Source of the DNA: Eledone cirrhosa
Taxonomy: Eukaryota
Reading direction: 5' to 3'
Length of the DNA stretch: 64,000 bases
Assembly (NCBI GenBank): GCA_964016885.1
Contig: OZ024742.1
Coordinates: 295,368,001-295,432,000, forward strand
Positions 49,869-64,000 of the stretch are shown in pieces (within the stretch, counting starts at the first letter, position 1; each line of letters opens with the position of its first letter). The notes under the pieces were generated by a model. It did not search any database. It was not told the DNA's origin and worked only from the letters and a program-made list of their open reading frames with translations. Both the position numbers and the translations under genes were made by a program.

Positions 49869-52713
49869 AGTAAGAAAAATGGAAAATATTTTGTATTCAC
49901 ACATATACCATGAAGTTGGCTATTAGAAATCGTCCAGACGATATTCTTTTCAAAGTTAAATATCTTATTTGATAAGAATAAAATATATTGGAAAGTATTA
50001 GATTTAAAAGTTTAAAATATGTATGAGTTACATATGATCAATTAATTTCTCAAAAGATGCAGAGACAAGTTTCACAAAATTAAATAGTAATTTGTTTGCT
50101 TATAATCAAATACAACAAAAAAAAAAATCAAACAAACAAACAAACAAAGAGAAAAAAAATTAAATATTTAATTCTTCTGATCATTGACACATTTTATAAA
50201 AGCTAAACCATGAAATTGATCAAAATATTTAAGAAAACTGGTTAGAAAAAACAGCTGCAGAAATACAGTTGTTAAAATCACTAAATGAAAGAGATTGAAA
50301 AAAAAGAAAAAAAAAGGATAAAGTAGCAATCACTGTGAAGCTAAGTAACCACATGGTGGTAGGTTCAAGTCTTACTTCAGACCACTGTTGGTTATTGTTT
50401 GCCTGACTGATAAAATAAAACAGGTTTCACTCCTCTGCCACAGTGGATTTGGTTAGAAATAGGAATAGTATCTGACTGTAAAGCATTACATTACTCTATA
50501 TATATTATTGTATTTTCACAGTAAAGGCTTTATCTCACACAATATTGAATCTACGAGATTTTGATGTTATTTATTTTGAGAACAATACCTTAACATTAGT
50601 AAGAGTGGCAGTTATGGACGGTTCGAAGAGAAAGAGGTGAGAGAAATCTGGCTGGATATGGCCAGTTTGAATGCTAAAGAGTTAAGGATGGTGAATTAAC
50701 TGAATCATTAGAGTGTTGGAGAAAATGTCTTGTGTTATTTTATTATGGTTTTTTATGTTCTTAGTTCAAATCTCATTATGGTAAATGTCTTCATTCATCA
50801 TTTTAGGGTAAATGAAATAAAGTACCAATCAAATATTGGATCGATCTTATCAACTAACACCTCCTCTGAATTTGTGTAAGTGGCTGAGCATTCCACAGAT
50901 ACATATACCCTCAACATAATTCTCTGAGAGATTCAGCATGACACAGTGTGACAAAGCTGGTCCTTTAAATTACAGGTACAATCCATCTTGTTAGTGTAAG
51001 TGGCTGAGTATTTCACAGACATGTCTATCCTTATTGTAATTCTCAGGGAGATTCAGCATGAAACAGTGTGTGGCAAGGCTTGTTTTTTTATTACAGGTGC
51101 AGTTTCCATCAAGCTGATTTCATTTACAAGACATGGATTAAAAGAAGCTATGGTAGAGGTCACTTGTCCAAAATGTTGTGCAATGAGATTGCACTAGGGA
51201 CCTTGTAATTGTGAAGTTAACTTCTTAACCATTTGTTACATATTATATACATGTGTACACATATACCTTAGAGCCCCACACCACTTATAATTCACCATGG
51301 AGAGTTCCTCTCTAAGGCACAAGTCCGGTCAAGATGTTTTGTGGAAGATCAGCTATCTCCCATACATGCTAGTCTCCCCTCTCTATGACACCAATGTTGT
51401 CCCATGGACTTCATTGATACAGATTGACACCAATGTTGATACAGTTCATATATACACTGTATATGATGTTGTTCAAGAGAAAAGGCCTAGTCTGATACAG
51501 CTTGGTACCAGTCTCACTGCAACTCATTTTTTCCAGCTGATTGAACTGGAGCAACATGAAATAAAGTGTCTTGTTCAAGGATATAACATACCGCCCATTC
51601 AAGGAATCAAACTCACGGCCATATGATTGTTAGCTCAACCCATAATCACTAAACCACAGGCCTTCACACACACAAATACACATATTTGTCTCTGTCTAGA
51701 AAGCCACATGCAATTATTATATTAAAAGCTCAAGCAGGACTATACTGAGGAGCTACGTTGCCACAGCACTAGAGCAAACTCACATCCTTACAATTGTGAG
51801 CCCAGCCTTCTAGCCATAGGCCTCCTCATTCACACAAACCACATACATACACAAACACACACCCATTTGTCTATGTCTAGCCAGCCACATGCAATTATAT
51901 TAAAAGCTCGAGTAGGATTATATTTAGATGCTATGTTGCCACAGGACTAGAATCCACTATATGGTTTGATTAATGTGATTTGTATGAGGACAGTATTACA
52001 TTTGATATTGGCTTGGTTGGCCTGAGGTGGATACACTAGTATGCATGTAAACAGTCACAACTCACACACAAACATAAACACACATACAGACACATTAACA
52101 TGCACATGAACACATACTCACACACACAGCAACGCATTCAACCAAAATACACACACATACACAATACTGACAAATATATACACACAGAAGAACAACACAC
52201 AGTACAACACACACACACACAAGAACAACACATAGAGTAAAACACACACACATATACGCACACAACAACACATACAGCAACAAATACAACAACACACACA
52301 ACAACAACATACACACTGACACTAACACACAGCAACAACAACAACCACAGCAACACACACACAGTCACACAAGATTTATGTTGAAGTTATTTCTATTTCC
52401 TATAAATCTTTGGAAATTCATTGAAAAAAAACGTAAATATGTGAATACGTTGAATGATGAAGTGACATAATAGAATGTATTGGATATTAAAGGGAGAGCA
52501 GCCAGCTAAATGAAAGACAATGTGACAGAATAAACAAAATATATCACCACCTCCTTTTACATCTGCTTTCCTTGCTGTCAAGTCAGTTCTTAATACTGAG
52601 AGGTAATACCCTCATAGATAGGTCAGGGGATCATGTCATGCTTATACATTCCAAGTTTTGGCATGGTTTCCACAGCTGGATGTCCTTAGTAACACTCATT
52701 ATTTTGCAGACTG

Positions 52714-52899
52714 AGGGTGGTGGATTGGCAGTATCGGTAGAGGGTTTGACGCCATGCTTTCCAGCATAGTTACGTCCCTTTATGATCTGAGTTCAAATCC
52801 CGCCGAGGTTTACTTTGCCTTTCATCCTTACGGGGTCGATAAAATAAAGTACCAGTAATGCACTGGATAATTGCTGGCCTTGTGCCTAAAGTAGAAACA
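52714..52899 (+). mobile_element. Nin/Deu-like SINE with 16-bp TSD
   Basis: TSD ATTATTTTGCAGACTG at 52698-52713 and 52900-52915. Confidence 0.9.
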
Positions 52900-55800
52900 A
52901 TTATTTTGCAGACTGTAATAGTTGCATTTTATCAGCACAATAGAGAAGGTTAAATACACAACTATGACTTTAGCTACTTGATTGGTTAGGCTTTATGCCT
53001 GTAGATGGTTGATATAGGTAAACAAATTGGCAGAGTTGTTAGAGTGTTGGATTAAATGCCTTGGCATTTGTTCCAGCTCTCTATACTCCGAGTTCAAATC
53101 CTGCTGAGGTCAACTCTTTTCTCTATTTAGCTCATTAAATAAAGTATCAGTCTAGGAGTAATGGATTGGCAAAATTACTAAAGAGTTGGACAGCATGTTC
53201 TGCGATATTTATTTTGGTTCTGTGCATTCTATGTTAAATTTCAGCTCCTGCCACCAGTAAAGTAGTAACACTTCTGCCAGGAGCTGCACCTGGACGCCCT
53301 TCCAAATGCCAACCACTTCACAGCATATATTGGGAACATAATTTCTATGGCTGGATGCCTTTCCTAACACTAACCACTTTACAGCAACATCTTTAGTGCT
53401 GGTGCCATGATGAACTGCCCTTGTACACTCTGTAAAGTAATTGGTGTGTGGAGGGGCATCTAACCAAGGGTTGAGAAGACTCTTCAGTTGTGTCAGTAAT
53501 ACGACAACCTGCTGGTGCCAGGATAAAATGCATCCTGTGCACTCTGTATAGCTGTTGGTGATAGGGCATCCAGATGCAGAAATTATGACAAAACCAGAAC
53601 ATATGCGAGATGTTGCCGCCTCCTTCCACTTCTACAGCCCATCTGGGAAGACAGTAGCTCCCATTAAGTACTGACTTGGTCTGTAATGACCCAGTCAACC
53701 CATGTCAGCATGGGAGAACAGATGTTAAATGATGATATGTTTTGTCTAAGCATGTCTTTCTTTGCCATTCAAGTAAAATGTCTTTTATGTCAGCAATCTA
53801 TGTAAATATCTTATGTGGATTCTGGATATCACCTGATTCCTCTTAATAATGAACACTGCCAATGGTACTGTTGTTTCTTTGTCTTATTAATCAGACTAAG
53901 TATAATGGAATTCTTAGAAATGATGATGACACAAGACCTTTTAGTTCAGCTGAAGACATGGCAGTTTCTCTTGTACTGGTGCACAATGATAAAATATAAC
54001 CAGTACACGTCGTAAAATTGTTGATGATAGAATGGAAATAACAGAGTAGAGGACCTTTTAATCTTGATAGGGACATGTCATTCTCTCTAGTACTGATGCT
54101 ATGATAAAATACACTCAATAATAAATGACACTCTGTAAAAAGTTTGATGATGGAATGACGCCAAACACACCTAAAGAAAGCAATTTACTTTTTAATTAAT
54201 TTAGCCTGTGATATCCACAGATTTTGACAACAACTAATTGGAAATTAGAGTCAAATGAATACTGAAAATCCAATCTACTTTAAATGGTTTTGAATTATTT
54301 TCTTGACAGAAACTTGCCAGAAGTTGTACTCTGTTGTACAATTCAGAGAATTATGATTCGGGCATATTCAACAGATTGAAAAAAAGAAAAGTTTTTTTGA
54401 TATCAATAGAATCAACAGCATAAAAATCTACCAGAGTTTGAAAATATATTTAATTATAATTCAACACATAACAACATGGTTGATTACATTTTCTAAAAAC
54501 TGAAAATTTTGTTCTCAAAAGACATTTTGTTCATTGCTAATTGAAAAAGATATAACCCTTAAGAATTGGAAGAAAAAATATGAACAAAAAAATTCAGATC
54601 ACATTTTAATAAATAAAAACCATGGCAGACACATTTATAGACTTGAATAAATTAAGTGAAAAATTCAATACGCCAGAGAATATGAATTTTCTATTTCATA
54701 TTCTCTTTACTCTGTTGTACAAAATCTTTAGGACACAATGAATTCTGTGGCTGGGGCTAGGTGCAAGCCAGATGAAAGTTGACATGTAAGTGAAACAATA
54801 CTGTAGATAAAACCAGGGCAAAGCACCACTGCTGTCATCTTTTTAGTCGGGTAGCTCAGTAGAGGTACCTATATCTGGCATTTGTTGACCTGGAAAAGGC
54901 GTTTGACAGAATTCCATGTTCTGTAACTTGTTGGTTACTTAGGAGACTAAGCATAGAGGAATGTCTCATGAGGGCTGTACAGGCTATGTACAGAGGTTCA
55001 GACAGCAAGATAAGAGTCAGGAGTCAGCAATGAGTTTACTGTGTAGATGAGTTTGGGATTGAACAGAGACAATATAGAGTCTGGAAATCATGTGACAACC
55101 TATCTAGCGGTGGTGTTAGGATAAAATGCACCCAGCCTACTCTGTAAAGTGGTAGTACTGGTGCAATGAAAAAATGCATCCAGTACACTTTGTAAGGTGA
55201 TTGGTATTAGGAAGGGCATCCACCTTTAAAAACATGCCAAATATGGAATATATGAGCCAGACATGATCACCTGACCAGTCTATCGTCAGAACATAAGAAG
55301 CCATCTAACTTATGCCAGTGTGGAAAACATGTAAAAATCCTGATGATGGTGAACAGAAGATGATGGAAGTGTAAAATACTTAAATAAAAATTAAAAACAA
55401 GATGATGATAAAAATGTATTTAAAGGCAAGTTGCTATTCAAGGTTAGTTCAAGAATTCACAGCTAATGATTCAATTATTTGGGAATAATAATACAAAGTG
55501 AGTGTTTGATAAATATCTGGGCTAATTCACCACTGTAATAAATTTTCACTGTTACAATACTGTCTACAGAATTATGAAAGTTGAATTATCTGTGCTTTAG
55601 AAATTTAACACTTGATCTAAAGAACTGAATAAAAATCATAGTCTTTATTTAGATAGAAAATAGCAAATAAATATGGAAAAAAATAGAAAAAACCCTACCA
55701 AGGAAGACAAGAAAAAATTTGATTTGATTTCAAATTTAAACTAAACTAAAATATTTTATTTAATAAAATGAAATATTATAGGATAAAGAATCTCCAGAAA

Positions 55801-55913
55801 GTTATAACTGAAGTAATAAGTTTACTATTTGATAGGATTGATTAATCAATAAAGTTCAATAATGAAGAAATAACTCAATTGTTGGCTGTGTGGTGGAGAC
55901 TTTCTTTCACAAT

Positions 55914-57067
55914 ATCATCATCATCATCATCATCATCATTTTATGTCCGCTCCTCCCTGCTTGCAAGGGTGGGACGAGACTTATTCAGCACAGCATCTCT
56001 CCACTTGTCATGCTCCTTCGTCATCTTCACCATGAGCTTCAGCGATCTGAGGTCTGTTCTCACCACCTCTGCCCATGTTTTTTGTGGTCTACCTCTACCA
56101 CGTCTTCCTTCAACTGGCATTTCCTGGCACTTCACCCATCGGTAATTCTCCATGCGCATCACATGTCCATACCACCTCAGTCTCCTCTCCAGTACACTAC
56201 ATTCTATCCCTCTCAGACACAGTTTCTCTCTCAGCACATTCATGCTGGGTCATTCACGCACATTGACACTGCACATCCAACGGAGCATGCTTGCCTCATT
56301 TCTCTCCAGCCATCACATATCCTCTGCAGTTGCTGCCCATGTCTCACTACCATGCAGCATCGTGCTCCTCACATAGGCATCATAAAACCAGCCTTTCATA
56401 CGCAGGGAGAAACCCTTCTTCGTCAGCAGAGGAAGCAGCTCCCTAAACTTCTTCCAACCCATCCTTATTCTAGATACTATGACCTCGGAACACCCCCACC
56501 CTCCCATGCTAATCTGATCTCTTAGGTACCGGAAGCTATCCACCACTTCTATAGCACCCGCCTGCATTTGAAAAATGTGTCTATCAATGCGACTTCTACT
56601 GTCTAATTTCCCTGTACATCTACTGCATACATATTTCTCCCTACCTGTTAGTTTGCCTGCTATCCAGCTACATCTCTTGTGTACCCAGGATCTGCATTGT
56701 GTGCATTTTATAGAATTTATGCTAGATCCTTTTCTGCATATCGAACATGGCCATTTCCCTGACGGAATCAGAGTTTTGTCCTCTTTTCTACTCATCAACA
56801 CTTTTGTCTTAGCTAGGTTCACTCTCAGTCCTCTTGCTTCCAACTGCTGTTTCCATAGCCAGAATTTATTCTCTAGCTCCTCTACTGATTCTGCTATAAG
56901 AACCAGATCGTCAGCATAGAGAAGTTCCCATGGACAGCCAGTCTTAAACTCCTCTGTTATGGCTTGGAGGACTATAATGAACAAGAGCAGGCTGAGGACC
57001 GAACCTCGATGTACTCCTACCTGTATCTGGAATTCCTCACTAAACTCCATTCCTACCCTGACTTTAC
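55914..57067 (-). mobile_element. 5'-truncated RTE LINE, same subfamily as 10160-13415
   Basis: High identity to 10160-11300; LYADD and PHD finger; (ATG)n tail. Confidence 0.93.
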
Positions 57068-58484
57068 TGTAGCAATTATCTATCTATATATATATATATA
57101 TAGATAATTGCTACAACTGTCACTTGTAATTAAGGATAACTTGTTAGCATGTATCATAGTTTTGTTAAGAATTTTAAATGCCCTCCCACCATTGATTCAA
57201 CAGAACATACAGGATGTTCTTGCTGAAGGGAAAGAATGCTGCACCAGCATATGACTGGCGCATTTTTTATTAACTTTGAAAGAATGAAAGACAAAGTAGA
57301 CTTTGGCAGGACTTGTACACAAAGTACAAAGAGCCAGAACACATATCACAATGCATTCCATCTGATATTTTAATGACTTCCTTACATATAATTGTATGAA
57401 CCAATGAAGTCATTTAACTAGCTAGAAATAACACCCCAATCTCTCTCAAATGACATTTCACTGTGTTAAAACAAGGATGAATACATTGGACAATCTATTC
57501 CTAGATATACAAATAGACTATATGTCCTTGATCTTAGGCCTGCTCAATTAGGGTTGGCCTGGGGCTAAACAACAGCAACAACATATTGTAAGTAATTTAT
57601 TCCAACATTTATACTAATCAAGTGTGAAGAGGACTCTTTAGTCTTGTGGAGGACATGGCAACCTCTTTAGTGTTGGTGCCATAATGTAATTGTTTCTACT
57701 TTTGGCACAAGGCCATTTGGTGCCATAATACAATGCAACCAATACACATTGTAAAAGCTATTATAAATGAGTGGAGGCAATCTAGAGTTGCGAGGACTCT
57801 TTAGTCTGGCTGATAATGTGACAACCTCTTTAGTGTTGGTGCCACAATAAAATACACCCAGTACACTTTATAAAGAGGCTGTTATTAAGAATGTCATCCA
57901 GCTGTAGAAACCATAAAACGATGACAAAAATGGTATATGTGAGTGAAATATGGTTCTCTGACCCACCAAGGATGGCAGTAATACTTAATAAGAACTGAAT
58001 CCGACCATGAGGACCCATCCAACCCAAGCCAACATGGATGTAAAAGGATGATGATGATGATTAAGTGCTATTTTCTATAAAATGTTCTATATAAGACATG
58101 GTTGTGCTCTAACATGGCCACAGTTATGATGGCTAAAGCAAACTCAAACTAAAGAACACACATTTCATAACTAGTAGAAAATCAAAGAGAAATAACATGG
58201 TATTTTATGAATATGCCTGATCTAAAGAAGATCAATAGTTTTTGCTTAGGGAAATAAGGAGAAAAATCACAGATATATTTGTTAAAAACATTGGTCTTTG
58301 AATTCTTGTTTACACTGTGAGAAGCATTAGAAGATGGAATACATCTATTATCTTTGATTGTGTGTGTTTCTGTGTGTATGTTTGTTTGTTTGTATTAGTA
58401 CCATGATAAAATGCACCAGTACTATAAGACTAAGGAATTAGGATCTGTGTGTATTGCCATTGAAGTAGGAATTACAATATTACT

Positions 58485-58794
58485 CATTCCAAAGCCTTTG
58501 GATAAACAACATTCTTAGTTTTTGCCTTGTGGTGTTACAATGAAGAGTCAATCAGGGTTTCCAACCTTTGTAGTACCAACATAGAACTGATCATGAAAAA
58601 AGGCAAGATCTTCCAGCTTCAATCCAACGGCTTTCAATGATTGTCCTTGAGATTTATTGATGGTCATGGCAAAACTGAGTTTGATAGGAAATTGAAGCCT
58701 TTGAAATTCAAATGGCTTCATAGGTATGAAACAATTGTCACCATCAAATTTTCTTGACATGATTGCAACTTCTAGGGCATTGGGCATCATATTC

Positions 58795-58796
<2 letters not shown>
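58485..58796 (-). pseudogene. Helitron Pif1-like helicase C-terminal fragment
   Basis: PFEFQRLQFPIKLSFAMTINKSQGQSL...H.QFYV...TKNVVYPKALE*. Confidence 0.88.
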
Positions 58797-58839
<43 letters not shown>

Positions 58840-60692
58840 GAGAGAGAGATATGATAAAATTAGTCTTTTTTAAAGTAGATTTATAGAATTAGTTTGATAA
58901 ATTATTACACCAAAATATCACAGTTAAGTATGATCGACAATTATACAATACAGGAAGGAAAAAATGGTAAAGAAAATCTAGAGTTGAGTGCAAAGAAACT
59001 AGTAATGGTTTGTGTCAGGGAAAAACTTGTGTTATAGCGGAAAAACACTGTTAATAACATTTAAAAAACAAAATGATTTTTACCAATTGTATGAGAATCT
59101 GCCAAGTAAAAGTTACTGTACTTATTAGCTAGAAAATATACTGAAGTAAGATGTAATTTACACAACTGACTTGTTTCAGGATAAGAGAGGGAATGTTAAC
59201 TAGAAGTGATGCTGAGATTTAGATCACAGTGATTAAACAGTACAACTATTATTACCATGTGTAAAATAATAATTGCAGTTTACATTTTCTATGTAATAAA
59301 AATATATATGCACACCATACATTAAACAAATAAACATGTGTATATAACATTTTTAATCAGTGACTAAATCTTTTAGGCATTATTATACATGAACAAGCTG
59401 AAACAACATAGGTTAGCAAGGACTCTTTAGTTTTGTCAAGGACTTGACAACCTCTCTAGTATTGATACCATGATAAAATGCACCCTATACATTCTGTTAG
59501 GTGGTTGGCAATCAAATGGATATAATATAGGGTAGAGAAGACTCTTCAGTCTGGCTGAGGATATGATAACCTATCTTTTGCTGGTACCATATTAGAATGT
59601 CTCCAATACACTCTTTAAGGTGGTTGGCAATCAAATGAATCAATCTAGGGTGGGGAGGACTCTTCAGGGTTGAGGAGTGTATTATGAACTCTTTAATGTT
59701 GGTAACATGATAAAATACACCCAGTACACTCTGTAAGGAGCTAGTACTGATGTTACAACAAAATACACCCAGTATACTCTGTAAAGTCGTTGACATTAGG
59801 AAGAGCATCCAAGCATAGAAACTGAGCCAAATATGGAACACATGAGCAAGATGTGGTTCTCTGATCAGTCTAGTCACAGACAACGATGATTAGTCCAACC
59901 CATGCTAGCTGGTAAAACGAATGTAAAATGATGATGATGATGATGTGTCTGTAGATATAATTAGTGACTAAAACTTGTAAGAGTTATACACACAAGTGGG
60001 TAAAACTTTTAGGAGTTACTATACACACAGTGTATACAGTCATAATTAATGACTAAAACTTCTAGGAGATATAAAAATATTTTGGTAAACTGAATATTTG
60101 GCTTACAGTAGTGATTAGTATTTAATACTGAAACTGTTTTTATATTAAGACTCATATGATCCACATCATTCTTTTAATATTGAGGTTTGTTGCTGTTGTT
60201 GTCGTCATCATTATCATCGTCATCATTATTATTATTAGCATTATCATCATTATTATTATTATTATTATTATGATCATCATTTTACCATTATAATTTGGTT
60301 TATGCAATGCTAGACAGGTCTGCAGAATAGCAAAACTGCATAAATATGTATAAGCATGGCTGTGTGGTAAAGAAGCTTGCTTCCCAGCAATATCTTCTCA
60401 GGTTTGATCTATCTTGATTCCACAAGAGATGATATCATAGTATATTAGATATCAAATGATACATATTATATATAAATATAGTAAAATAAAAAATATATAA
60501 TATCTATTTATACATAATTTATATATAATAAATAATATAATATATACTAACTATTAAATTTATATATTATTTTAATTTATTTATTTATTTGCATGTAGGC
60601 AGGTCTCTCTCTAAATAGAGTCGGGGGGCACTGAGGGTATTACATGGCCATAAGGCGAGTGGTGTGGCCCCAAAAGTTTGAGAACCTCTGCA

Positions 60693-60880
60693 TGGTGGAT
60701 TGGCAGTATTGGTCGAGGGTCGGATGTCATGCTTTGACGCATTGAGTTACGGCCCTTGCCATTCTGAGTTCAAATCCCGCCAAGGTTAACTTTGCCTTTC
60801 ATCCTTACGGGGTCGAGAAAATAAAGTACCAGTAATACACTGGGTAATTGCTGGCCTTGTGCCAAAAGTAGAAACAATTA
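60693..60880 (+). mobile_element. tRNA-derived Nin/Deu-like SINE
   Basis: B-box GAGTTCAAATCCC, core GCCTTTCATCCTTACGGGGTCGAGAAAATAAAGTACCAG. Confidence 0.85.
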
Positions 60881-61593
60881 ATATATAAATATTAGAAATA
60901 TGGTAATGAAAGAATTAACCCTTCTGATAACAAACTGCTGGAAGCTGACCAACAACCATTGTTAAGTTCTAACTTATTTAAAAATCAGTGGCAGCATTTT
61001 CCATTAGAAATATGGTAAAGAAAGAGTTAAGGGAGAATTGGCTGCCATTTCTATCAACTTCCTAGAAGATCCATCTTTACTACAAAAGTGATTAATGAAC
61101 GTGTCAGTGAATAAGCTAAGATAATTAATGCATTTTGTTAACGAGAATTTTTCATTTTCTAGTTTAATAGTTTTCCCTGAATAGCTAGCTCTCCAAGAGA
61201 GAATATAATCAGTTTAGATATATTGGGACTCTAGTGCTTTATTCACTACTGTATATATACACACACTTATATAAATAAATAAATATATATATATATATAA
61301 ATATATAATGTATGTCCATACACAGGCATACAAAGTCATTTTAACTGTTTGGCAAAATACTGATAGTAAATGAAATATCGGTATTAACAATATAATTAAT
61401 GACTGGCATCAGAATTTTAGAGTTTTGCCCTTAGAATATAAGTTGTCACTGAGATGATCAAAATTAGGTCAGAATGTCATGAAGATGGGGTCAGATAAAC
61501 CAAAGTAATTTAATTTTAAATTTGACTGTAATTGCTTTCTTTAAAATGTTCCACTAGTTGCTGGGTGACACAATGTTTTAATTGGAAACAAAC

Positions 61594-61761
<168 letters not shown>

Positions 61762-62939
61762 ATATGTTATGTATTTGTGTGTGTATATATATGCATGTAT
61801 ATATATATATGTGTGTATATATATATATAATTTTCCTTCTTTACTTCCTAACCATTCTATTAGTCTGTTTACCACATACTCATTCATACATATCTTTTTC
61901 TCCTGCTTTCTCATCAATTCTCTTCTATTTCACTCCAAAAATGTAATAGAAGGAATGGAGACTCTCTGAAAGAGACAATAAGGCACTAGGACTGATGCTA
62001 TGATAAAATACATCCAATACACTCCATAAAATGGTTAATGTTAGGAAGGGCAACAGTTGTAGAAACCATGCCCAAAAGGGTTGTGAGGACTCTTTAGTTG
62101 TGTCAAGGACTTGACAATCCCACTAAGGTTGGTGCCGTAATCAAATGTTTTCAGTAAATTTTGTAAAGTGGTTGTTTTTAGAAAAGGCATCCAGTAGTAG
62201 AAACTATACCCAGAACAGAACATATGAGCAAGACATGGTTCTCCAGTCTATCCAGGAGGGTAGTAACTTTGATTAAAAATTCATACTATGATGACCCACC
62301 CAACCCATGTCAGCATAGAAGGTGGACATAAAATGATGATAATGATGATGGAGGATCAAATAATGGAATTGCTTCATCTAGGAATCAAAAGTTGTATTAT
62401 CATTATGATGTCATTTAGTCTCTGAATGGAGGGTAGATTGTATGATGACTGCATATAAAGTATGATGTTGAATGGTACTTAGACACGGGCAGTGAATGCA
62501 TGAATGCAAAAGACATACAAAGGTTAGAGAAAAAAAAATCCAGTATGCTGTGTTTGATGTGTAATGCTAGTGTGCATAATGACATAAAAAGATGAGCTGA
62601 GAGAACAACAGGACATATGAGGAATTAGATGTAGCATGCAAAAGATTGCACTGGTTTGGACAAATGATACATATGAATGATGATTGTTTTGGGGGTACAA
62701 GTGCCAGGAAATTCACAGTGGAAGGAGCAGAAGAGGAGAACCAAGGAAAACTTGGACAGAAGTGGTGAGAGGTGAACATCGCAGAGGAGATGAAAAAATG
62801 CAACAAGCTGAAATGCATAGATGATGATCATTAAGTGAAGAAGTGCCAAGAGTTCCTAGTAGAAGGAAGCTGGTTGAGATGACAAAGAAATGCAACAAAT
62901 GGAGAGAAGTTGTGCTAGAGAAGTCCTGTTCAATACATA

Positions 62940-63838
62940 CGAGGTGTGTCAGAAAAGTTCCAGGACTGATGTCACAAAAGATTTATTTCAAACCCAAACT
63001 TCACACTAAGAGTTTTCTCCTTCAAAGTAATCCCCCTGGAGTATGTAACTGTAATCTTAGCTCTCTGCAGCGATCAAACTTTTTTCTTCATAATTTTATA
63101 TACATGTCCTCTGTTTCAGGTCGTCAAGCAATGAGCACAGAGCAACGAACAAACTTGAAGTTTCTGGTACGGTTGGGGAAATCTCCACTGCAGCAAGTGT
63201 ATGGAGATGAGACGATGTCATGCTCACGTGTTTTTGAGTGGTGCAAGAGGTTTAAAGAAGGACGCAAGGACGTGGAAGATGACCCCAGAAGCGGAAGGCC
63301 CTCAACAACCAGGACTGAGGTCAATGTTGAGCATGTCAGGCAGATGGTGCGTAGCGATCATCGGCTGACTGTTCGACTGATGGCAAATGAGCTGGGCATG
63401 AATCGGGACAGCGTCTGGAAGATTCTCACTGAAGATTTGGACATGCGGAAAGTCTACGCGAAGATGGTGCCAAAACTGCTGAACGATGACCAGAAGGGTC
63501 GACGCATGAAAGTGTGCCAGGACATCCTCGAGTATCTTGAAACCGAACCAGACTTGCTAGGGACAGTCATCACCAGTGATGAGTCATGGATCTTCGAGTA
63601 CGACTCGGAGGGGACCCGTTTTGAAGACGTGGACGACATCAAAAAGGCCGTGATGATGGAACTGCGGAGGATCCCGGTAGAATCCTTCCATGAGTGCATG
63701 CAAGCATGGCAGAAAAGGATGGAAAAGTACATTAGACTCCAGGGGGATTACTTTGAAGGAGAAAACTCTTAGTGTGAAGTTTAGGTTTGAAATAAATCTT
63801 TTGTGACATCAGTCCTGGAACTTTTCTGACACACCTCG
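62940..63838 (+). mobile_element. Non-autonomous mariner with ~103-bp inverted ends
   Basis: 62940-63042 is the reverse complement of 63736-63838; TA on both sides; inserted among degenerate RTE 3' fragments. Confidence 0.93.
63131..63772 (+). pseudogene. Internally deleted mariner transposase, still in frame
   Basis: EQRTNLKF, DDPRSGRPST, KMVPKLL, ITSDESW, then jumps to GTRFEDVDDIK...GDYFEG; second and third catalytic Asp motifs are absent. Confidence 0.88.
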
Positions 63839-64000
63839 TATAAATACTGAAACATATAGATGATGATCATTAAGTGAAGAAGTGTTAAGAGTTCCCAGTG
63901 GAAGGAAGCTTCAGTAGAGGAAAACCAAGGAAAACCTGGGTGAGATGACAAAGAAATGCAGCAAGTTGAGGGAAGTTGTGCTGGAGCTGACCCATCCAAA

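Noticed and set aside
50377-50407. Possible 31-nt minus-strand exon
   Set aside because: Lies in a degenerate tRNA-SINE-like sequence; no protein-level support.
62843-63130. N-terminal extension of the 309-aa mariner ORF
   Set aside because: Reads through flanking RTE debris and the TIR; the likely start is ATG 63131.

Overview
Repeat-saturated, AT-rich eukaryotic genomic DNA, most likely from an octopus-like cephalopod (inferred from the very long (TA)n/(CA)n arrays and the RTE/SINE repertoire). Host coding content is small: at least two minus-strand exons (37248-36539, 31575-31477) that splice in frame into a secreted or membrane protein with a divergent cadherin-like domain, a possible 12-nt microexon, and one GC-rich exon-like block of uncertain strand (46.3-46.8 kb). 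The rest is mobile DNA: a DD37D/maT transposon, an internally deleted mariner with ~103-bp inverted ends, several RTE LINEs carrying a PHD finger, Tx1/L1 and CR1 LINE fragments, Helitrons, several SINE and MITE families and a 3.2-kb minisatellite. The most striking signal not explained by the ORF track is a set of type-I hammerhead-ribozyme motifs in the first 23 kb. Some are intact, some carry a U3-A8 covariant core and some are degenerate. They sit in small tandem or inverted-repeat elements (Penelope pseudo-LTR or retrozyme-like) next to (TA)n arrays, and include a 470-nt tandem unit with two intact ribozymes. All RNA folds and family assignments were made by eye and need computational confirmation.
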